NCBI GenBank assembly: GCA_049322255.1
Contig: JBMORE010000103.1
Span: forward strand, 1-64,000
Reading direction: 5' to 3'
DNA from: Myxococcota bacterium
GTDB lineage: Bacteria; Myxococcota; Myxococcia; Myxococcales; Myxococcaceae
DNA: 64,000 bases
In this document: positions 56,711 through 64,000 of the stretch, piece by piece
Numbering within the stretch: position 1 is the stretch's first letter
How the letters are laid out: each line of letters begins with the position of its first letter
Notes under the pieces: generated by a model
Seen by the model: the letters and a program-made list of their open reading frames with translations, nothing else
Databases searched by the model: none
Told to the model about the DNA's origin: nothing
Made by a program: the position numbers and the translations under genes

Positions 56711-57909
56711 CACCGTGACTTGAACACGAAGGGATACGTCACAACTACCCTTCCTCCGCCTGAAGGGGACGGAAAGACCACCTGTGCCATCTGCGCCTCG
56801 ATGCAGGAAGCAAAAGCGAGCGTGCCACCGTCCTGGCTCTTCGAGGTCGAGCTCACCGACTGGACTTGGCCCGAACAACCAATCACGAAGGTGACGACGA
56901 CCTTCCCCTCCGCGTCGGGGTCGCGAAGACGCTCTGCCTCGAAACACACCCGGACCTGCTCGATCCGATCTCTGATTGCCTGCCGAATCGCTTCTCGTGG
57001 GAGACTGCCCAGACCCGAACCTCCGTCGAGCAAAAAACCCCCATCGAGGCTGGTAGTGCCGCAGCCCGCGTCAGCGTTGCCCAGCGCACGCATGCCGCCA
57101 TCGAGCCAGGCCTCGGCGTCGGCAATGACACGACGCCCCAACGCCTCCTCCCGCTCTTGCTTCTCCCTTTGGGCCCCCGTCCGCAGGAGGCTCACCATGA
57201 TTTGTCGATAGCTGGCGTCGCAGAATTTCAACCGCTCCGTTGAGTTCTCCGGGTGCATGACGCATTGGGAGTCGGTGTCGTGTGGCAACCCCAGCGCGTG
57301 TCCCCATTCGTGTAGCAAGGCTACAACCTCGTGGCGAACGGTGCGGCGACCGAGGGCCTCGTACATCTGGTCTCTTGGCACCGTGTCCAGATATTCGCGC
57401 CAGTCACGGACCTCGCCGGGAATGATCGTGGTGCGCAAGAGGAAATGGCGGCCGGACGCAAACCCCACGAACCCTCTCGTTCGATGAGGCAACGGGCCGA
57501 CCAGCCCGACCACGAAATCGACGCCGACCCCAAAATCGTGGGCACGCAGCGCTTCGAGGGCGGCGGCTTCGGTGGCGCCCGCAGAGGCATGGTTCCACTC
57601 AGCCAGCCCAGTGACTTCGAGCTCCACCCCAAACCACGCGCGCGTGAAGAGGTTGGCTTCCCGGACCACCTCCGTGAACCGGTCCGCCCACCGCGGCTCA
57701 TGGGCGCGATACTCGCTACCGGCCCAAACGCGCAATTTGAGCTGATGAATGGGGGCGGGAGGGAGCTCAGGGGGCTTCAGGAAGGGCTTGGGGAGAAGCT
57801 CCTCGAGCTCGTCCCGCTGGTACTCCGCGCGGGTGCGAAACTGGCAGGCCCAGGCCAATAGACACGCGACAGCCAGGAACGGCACGGGCTTCCATGTCCG
57901 GGCGTGCAT
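56710..57909 (-). CDS. Lipoprotein: metzincin metalloprotease fused to AgmX/PglI-like (TonB-like) C-terminal domain
   Basis: AWAC lipobox; HEWGHALGLPH plus Met-turn CVMHP; GKVVVTFVI...FPSPSGGGRVVVTYPFVF. Confidence 0.85.
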   Translation of the reverse strand: MHARTWKPVPFLAVACLLAWACQFRTRAEYQRDELEELLPKPFLKPPELPPAPIHQLKLRVWAGSEYRAHEPRWADRFTEVVREANLFTRAWFGVELEVTGLAEWNHASAGATEAAALEALRAHDFGVGVDFVVGLVGPLPHRTRGFVGFASGRHFLLRTTIIPGEVRDWREYLDTVPRDQMYEALGRRTVRHEVVALLHEWGHALGLPHDTDSQCVMHPENSTERLKFCDASYRQIMVSLLRTGAQREKQEREEALGRRVIADAEAWLDGGMRALGNADAGCGTTSLDGGFLLDGGSGLGSLPREAIRQAIRDRIEQVRVCFEAERLRDPDAEGKVVVTFVIGCSGQVQSVSSTSKSQDGGTLAFASCIEAQMAQVVFPSPSGGGRVVVTYPFVFKSR

Positions 57910-57911
57910 AG

Positions 57912-57944
57912 CCCTCACCCTAACCCTCTCCCGCTGGGAGAGGG
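57912..57944 (+). repeat. REP-like palindromic element, copy 7 (3' end of radical SAM gene)
   Basis: CCCTCACCCTAACCCTCTCCCGCTGGGAGAGGG; contains the stop codon of the 57915-59462 gene. Confidence 0.9.
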
Positions 57945-59462
57945 GGGAGTGACTGAAGGCCACTGGGTAGCGTGCCGGCGGCCGTCGGGCGTTCGCCGCG
58001 CAAGGAAGGGGACGACGTCTCGTTCCTCGAAGGCGCGTTTCCACGCGGCGAAGCTGCCACCGGCCCGGTGGGCGTCGAGCGCTGCCAGTCCCGCCTTCGG
58101 GCCGCTCTGGGCGAGCATGTACTCCACCCATGCCCAGCGCGCGCTGGTGGGCCGCACCTCGGCTTTTCCCTGGAGCTTCTTTCGCAGCCGCGACAGTCGT
58201 CGTTCCACTTCCTTGATGCCGGGGAAAGGTGCGCCATCGAGGGGCGTGTTTCGTTTGGCGACGAAGGGCGCCACCCCCAACACCACCGGGAGGATGCGCG
58301 AGAGCTCGACGGTGAAGCGCGCCATTTCGTCGATGTCCTCGTCGCCTTCCGTGGGCAGGCCGACCATGTTGTAGACCTTGAGCCGCTCCATGCCCGCTGC
58401 TTTGGCGTAGCGCGCAGCGGCGAGGAGCTGCTCTTCGCTGTGCTTGCGATCGACCAAGTCGCGCAGCCGCTGGGAGGCGCCGTCGGAGGCCACGGTGAGA
58501 ATTCTTGCTCCGCCGGCCTTGAGCGCGTTCACCAGCCGCGGGGAGAGACGGTCGGCGCGTAAAGAGCTCACTCCCACCTCCCGGCCGGACGCCACCAACG
58601 TCTCCAGAAGCTCGACGATGCGTGGGTGGTCGGTCACCGCTGCCCCCACCAACCCCACCCGCTTCGCCCACTCGGGGACCAGCGCGAGCACCCGCTCCGG
58701 CGTTACCGTGCGCATGCCCCCGTTGGTGGTGCGCCGCATCACACAGTAATGACACCCGCGCGAGCACCCCCTTTCCGGCTCGATGAGGAACATTGAGCGC
58801 AGCTCGGTGTGTGGGGTGACGATTTGCGAGCGGGCGGGCAGCCGCTCATCCGAGGCCTTGGCCACGTAGAAACGACTCGCCGCCGTCGATTGCCCCGGAA
58901 CCCGAAAGCCCGGCACCTTCGCCAGCTCCGCGAGCGCCGCCGTTCTTCCCTGCGCCGCGGCGTCAAGGAGCACGTGCACCAGCTCCTCCGCCTCCCCCTG
59001 CACGATGACGTCGGCGAAGGGTTCGAGCGGCTCGGGGTTGGAGAAGGTCAGCGGTCCGCCCACCACCACCAGGGGGTGGCCGTTTCCACGTTCCTCGCGC
59101 AAGAGGGGCAAGCCGGCGAGCTCCAGCATGGAGAAGAGCCCGGGTAGCTCGAGCTCGTACGCCACGGAGAAGGCGAGGACGGGAAACGCCGAGACCGGCG
59201 ACTGGGATTCGTAGGTGAAGAGCGGAGCGCGCGCGCGCTGCTGCGCCTCCACGTCGTCGGGTAAGAAGGCGCGCTCGGCGCTCGTGCCCGCGTGCAGGTT
59301 GATTTCCCGGTAGATGGCTTGGAAACCCAGCGAGCTCATGCCCACGTGGTAGGGGCTGGGGTAGCACAGGGCGACCTGGAGCGGGGTCTCCCGGTAGACG
59401 GTGCCCTGCTCGGCAGCGAGGCGCTGCTTCACCTGGTCGATGAGTGCGTATCGGTCATCCAT
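57915..59462 (-). CDS. Radical SAM protein (B12-binding-like N-terminus)
   Basis: YPSPYHVGMSSLG; RGCSRGCHYC; MVGLPTE; FVAKRNTP. Confidence 0.9.
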   Translation of the reverse strand: MDDRYALIDQVKQRLAAEQGTVYRETPLQVALCYPSPYHVGMSSLGFQAIYREINLHAGTSAERAFLPDDVEAQQRARAPLFTYESQSPVSAFPVLAFSVAYELELPGLFSMLELAGLPLLREERGNGHPLVVVGGPLTFSNPEPLEPFADVIVQGEAEELVHVLLDAAAQGRTAALAELAKVPGFRVPGQSTAASRFYVAKASDERLPARSQIVTPHTELRSMFLIEPERGCSRGCHYCVMRRTTNGGMRTVTPERVLALVPEWAKRVGLVGAAVTDHPRIVELLETLVASGREVGVSSLRADRLSPRLVNALKAGGARILTVASDGASQRLRDLVDRKHSEEQLLAAARYAKAAGMERLKVYNMVGLPTEGDEDIDEMARFTVELSRILPVVLGVAPFVAKRNTPLDGAPFPGIKEVERRLSRLRKKLQGKAEVRPTSARWAWVEYMLAQSGPKAGLAALDAHRAGGSFAAWKRAFEERDVVPFLARRTPDGRRHATQWPSVTPPSPSGRGLG

Positions 59463-59740
59463 GGAGCAAAGCAGGCTTCCTTAACAACCGCCCCCACGCC
59501 TCGCCATGGGCAGGTCGCCGCCGAGAAGAGGTCGAGCATCGAGCTCGTCGTCTGGGCGGCCCAGGTTCTCGTTCAGGTCGAGGGCGAAAACCTTCTTGCC
59601 GCCGAAGGTCGAGGTACAAGGATCCCAGCCGACCTGCATTGGCCAGCCTGATTGGCCCGTTGCCGGTACGGCGATTGGCCTGATATCCGTTTCCGCTGCT
59701 GTGCTCGGTACAGCCTCGAGCGCTTGGGAATTTTCTGTTC

Positions 59741-60274
59741 ATGGTCTCCAACCGCTGGTTTTTCGTCTCTACCATCGTCGTCTGCAGCACCTCCTCCTTG
59801 GCTGCGAGGCCCGAGCTCCCGGCAGCCCCAGCCCAGAATGACCGAATCAGGCGGGTAGCGGCGCTACGCCTTGGCATTGGGTCGATGGACCTTGGTCCCT
59901 CGATGTCTCTTTTTGTTCTAGAGCCCCTTGAGCTCGACATCGGCGCAACGTACGCGATCTTCCTCGAAAGCTACTTTGTAAGGCTTGGCCCTTGTTTCGC
60001 ACTCCATGGCTCCCGAGACCACCTTTGGCGGGGCGCGACATGGAACGCTTCATTGCTCTTGGGGACGCGTTGGCTGAATTTGCATGAATTCGAGTTCAGT
60101 CGTTTTTTTCTGGGGCCTGAGCTGTTGGCAACACTCGAGGGAACGTACTGGCTCGGCATTCATTTTGGGCTGACCGCACGACTTTCTCTCGGTGGCGCGC
60201 TGCTGTACGAACGCGTTACCCACTTCTGGACTCCCGCTCCTCAGGCATGTCTGTCTTTGGGTGTCGCGTTCTGA
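59741..60274 (+). CDS. Hypothetical secreted, outer-membrane beta-barrel-like protein
   Basis: Signal-like N-terminus; amphipathic strands; ends SLGVAF; atypical codon use. Confidence 0.5.
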   Translation: MVSNRWFFVSTIVVCSTSSLAARPELPAAPAQNDRIRRVAALRLGIGSMDLGPSMSLFVLEPLELDIGATYAIFLESYFVRLGPCFALHGSRDHLWRGATWNASLLLGTRWLNLHEFEFSRFFLGPELLATLEGTYWLGIHFGLTARLSLGGALLYERVTHFWTPAPQACLSLGVAF

Positions 60275-60433
60275 CCCGAAAACGACTTTGGCTTCTCCGC
60301 TTCGGTGTCGCGCCCGTCTTCCCCTTTGGGGACGGTCGGTCCGTCGCGACGGAGCGACGGGTACGCTCCATTCAACTTCTCGGGTAGCGAGAATCTCCTC
60401 GGAGCGGGGCCCCAAGCGGGGGCCGAACGCGGC

Positions 60434-60449
60434 CGGTATGGAGGTTGCT
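60434..60449 (+). promoter_or_regulatory. Putative sigma54 (-24/-12) promoter upstream of comM
   Basis: CGGTATGGAGGTTGCT = GG-N10-GC with TTGC. Confidence 0.5.
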
Positions 60450-60497
60450 TCGTGTGAGCCCGGCGGGCGCGGGGTTGTCGGGAAACCGAGGAGCGAG

Positions 60498-62084
60498 ATG
60501 CTGGCGAGAGTTCGTTCAGGGGCGTTGATGGGGGTCGACGCGGTGGTGGTGGAGGTGGAGGTCGACATGGCCATGGGCTTGCCCTACTTCAATGTGGTGG
60601 GGTTACCGGACGGGGCGGTGAAGGAGAGCAAAGTCCGGGTCGTGTCAGCGCTGAAGAACTCGGGGTTTCAGCTTCCGCAAAAGCGGATCACGGTGAACCT
60701 CGCGCCCGCCGACATCAAGAAGGAGGGCGCGGCCTTCGAGCTGCCGATTGCCTTGGGGGTACTGGCGGCGGCTCGGCTGTTGGAGGAACAGACTCTGGGC
60801 AGCTACCTCTTCGGAGGCGAGCTGTCGCTCGACGGGTGGGTGAAGCCCATTCGCGGGGTGTTGCCGTTGGCGCTCGCCGCGCGCGACGGCGGCTACCGGG
60901 GGGTGATGGTGCCGGCGGCGAATGCAGGAGAGGCAAGCCTGGTCGACCGCATCGAGGTCATTCCGGTCGCTCACCTGCGCGAGGCAGTCGACCACCTGGC
61001 CGGCATCGCTCCGGTCGCGCCCTTCGATCGGCGCACGGGAGTCCCGGCTCAGGACCCACAGACGCTCGCTCCCCAGGACATGGCGGACGTGCGAGGCCAA
61101 AGCGAGCTCAAAGACGCGCTCGAGCTCGCCGCCGCCGGGGGGCACAACATCCTCATGTGTGGGCCTCCCGGGTCTGGGAAGACCATGCTCGCGCGCAGGC
61201 TGCCGTCGATCATGCCCCCGATGGCGTTTCAGGAAGCGCTCGAGGTGACCAAGATTTATTCGGTCCTCGGGCTCTTGCAGGAAGGCCGCTCCTTGGTGAA
61301 GGAGCGCCCTTTTCGGGCTCCCCACCACACCATTTCGGACGCCGGTCTGGTGGGAGGAGGCCCGCTCACGCGGCCCGGTGAGCTCTCGATGGCGCACCAC
61401 GGAGTGCTCTTCCTCGACGAGCTGCCGGAGTTTCGCAAGAACGTGCTCGAAGTCTTGCGCCAACCGCTCGAAGAGGGAGTGGTGTACCTCGCGCGGGCGG
61501 CGCAGAGCGTGGCGTACCCCTGCCGGGTGATGCTGGTGGCGGCGATGAACCCCTGCCCGTGCGGCTACTACAACGTCCTCGGACGCCAGTGCCGCTGCGC
61601 TCCACACCGGATCAGCGAATACCACGCCCGGGTGAGCGGCCCGCTGCTCGACCGCATCGACATCACCCTCGAGACCCATCCCGTCGAGCTGAGCGACATC
61701 ACCTCCTTGGACCTCTCGGGGAAGCCTTCCTCGTACTACCGCCAGCGGGTGGAGGCCGCACGCGACCGCCAGCGACACCGCTTCGCCAACGAGTCGGGCA
61801 TCTACTGCAATGCGCAGATGACACCGCGGATACTGCGTAAGCACTGCCAGATGAGCCCGCGCTCTCGCCGAGACCTGACGATGGCCGTTGCGCGCTTCGG
61901 GCTCTCGGCCCGGGCACACGATCGAATCCTCAAGCTGGCGCTGACCCGCGCGGACCTGCAAGGCCACGCGCAAATCGAGGACGAAGACATGCGCTTTGCC
62001 ATCAGTTGTCGGGTGATTGATCGCCACAACTGGCTCCCGGAGCAGCCAGCGGTGGCGAAGCTGAACCAGCCGAAAGACTTCTAG
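60498..62084 (+). CDS. comM: YifB/ComM Mg-chelatase-like AAA+ ATPase
   Basis: VGLPD..VKESK.RV, NLAPAD, GPPGSGKT, RAPHHT, FLDELPEF, MNPCPCG, SGPLLDRID. Confidence 0.93.
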   Translation: MLARVRSGALMGVDAVVVEVEVDMAMGLPYFNVVGLPDGAVKESKVRVVSALKNSGFQLPQKRITVNLAPADIKKEGAAFELPIALGVLAAARLLEEQTLGSYLFGGELSLDGWVKPIRGVLPLALAARDGGYRGVMVPAANAGEASLVDRIEVIPVAHLREAVDHLAGIAPVAPFDRRTGVPAQDPQTLAPQDMADVRGQSELKDALELAAAGGHNILMCGPPGSGKTMLARRLPSIMPPMAFQEALEVTKIYSVLGLLQEGRSLVKERPFRAPHHTISDAGLVGGGPLTRPGELSMAHHGVLFLDELPEFRKNVLEVLRQPLEEGVVYLARAAQSVAYPCRVMLVAAMNPCPCGYYNVLGRQCRCAPHRISEYHARVSGPLLDRIDITLETHPVELSDITSLDLSGKPSSYYRQRVEAARDRQRHRFANESGIYCNAQMTPRILRKHCQMSPRSRRDLTMAVARFGLSARAHDRILKLALTRADLQGHAQIEDEDMRFAISCRVIDRHNWLPEQPAVAKLNQPKDF

Positions 62085-62120
62085 GAGCGGGTGCAACGCA
62101 GAGGCGCGCGCCCGAGTGCT

Positions 62121-62723
62121 TCAGCGCCCACCCGTTATCGGTATGTCGGCAAAGACGGTCGCCGCCGCCTTTTCGCTGATGCGCTGGTACTTGGCGTACG
62201 CGGCCACCATCGACTTGCGCATGGCGGGCGCATCCCGCTCTCCGTGCGACGCCACCGCAGTCGCAACTGCTTCGAGCAGATAGGCCTCGGGCGCCATCAA
62301 GGTACGCGTCAGCGCCACCACCGGAATGCGGGCGCTTTTGAAGAGCGGGCCGAAATACGGCTGGCTCACGCACGCGAGTACCGCCACCGGCCGTGGCCGC
62401 GCTGCCTTCTCCACTCGCGGCGTGGGCACATCCATCAGACGGTTATGCCCAGACCAAACCAACAGGTCGGGGCCCACATCCTCACTCGCAGCAGCAAGAA
62501 AGTCGGACAGCGCGTCGTCTATGCGGTCCCCGCGTACGCCCATAGTCGCATGCGCACCGCGTGTTGGCCCTTGCTCGGAGTCCGCTCGAGAACGAGCTCG
62601 CGGAGCACCGCGGGCCGCCTGGCATCGAACCCATCGGTTTTGGCGAGAACCTTGAACCCGGAGCCTTGGAGAGAAACTGCGGGTCTCCGGCTGCTCTGCT
62701 TCCACAGGCAATGAGACCCTCAT
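62121..62723 (-). pseudogene. C-terminal fragment of a hypothetical protein
   Basis: Protein-like LLVWSGHNRLMD...VLACVSQPYF...LMAPEAY preceded by low-quality sequence with no clear start. Confidence 0.45.
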
Positions 62724-63002
62724 CGTTCATTTGCAACACTCCCAGGGTGACTTGGTTACCGGAATATTGACTCTGCGTTGAACGCCTCGCCTGACCGGCT
62801 GGTTCCGCGCGCCGAACGAAGACTTCTCACCCGCCGAGAGACATCGCTGTCGCTCCGCACGGGCGGACGTTTGCGCGCTCGCGAGACGCCCGAGCCCGAC
62901 TTCGTCGCTGGCGATGCGCGCGGCACACCGGTTGCTCGAGGGGTCCGCGCGTGGCGCGGATTTCCCGCGTCCGTCCAACCAACCAATGGGAGAGGTGAAG
63001 AC

Positions 63003-64000
<998 letters not shown>

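Noticed and set aside
27874..57944. Repeats as a CRISPR array
   Set aside because: Dispersed, both orientations, no regular spacers, no cas genes
57910..58767. N-terminal extension of ORF 56710..58767
   Set aside because: Overlaps the radical SAM gene off-frame; the lipoprotein signal starts at 57909
60498..62084. Mobile element integrated in comM
   Set aside because: The frame is intact; no integrase or att repeats seen
62760..63002. LexA box or in-frame N-terminal extension of recA
   Set aside because: No convincing Myxococcus-type LexA box seen; the upstream frame is open but not protein-like, and a good RBS precedes 63003

Overview
GC-rich bacterial chromosome segment, most likely Myxococcota. 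Evidence: myxobacterial Cys-rich repeats, an MJ0042-type zinc-ribbon/TPR protein, AgmX/PglI-like C-terminal domains, a Ser/Thr kinase and a RecA1-type recA. It is mostly core genes (gpmA, glgC, add, pcrA/uvrD, rnj, rimO, lolA, obgE, rpmA, rplU, gatCAB, ftsK, plsY, comM, recA) mixed with lipoproteins, signalling genes and small accessory or decaying modules. Two things stand out. (1) At 114-6596 (-), a translationally coupled operon encodes a membrane-bound Fe-S/FAD/NAD(P)H oxidoreductase with a probable di-heme b domain, a 20-heme cytochrome c, a 10-heme cytochrome c and a probable outer-membrane beta-barrel. This is a candidate quinone-independent trans-envelope electron conduit. (2) Seven copies of a ~34-bp palindromic REP-like element sit inside or at the junctions of core genes. 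They are translated in four different frames and supply a stop codon and likely RBSs. A second, unrelated 75-bp inverted-repeat element lies in-frame in ftsK. No rRNA, tRNA, CRISPR array or transposase was recognised. Family assignments come from motif recognition by eye, not database searches.
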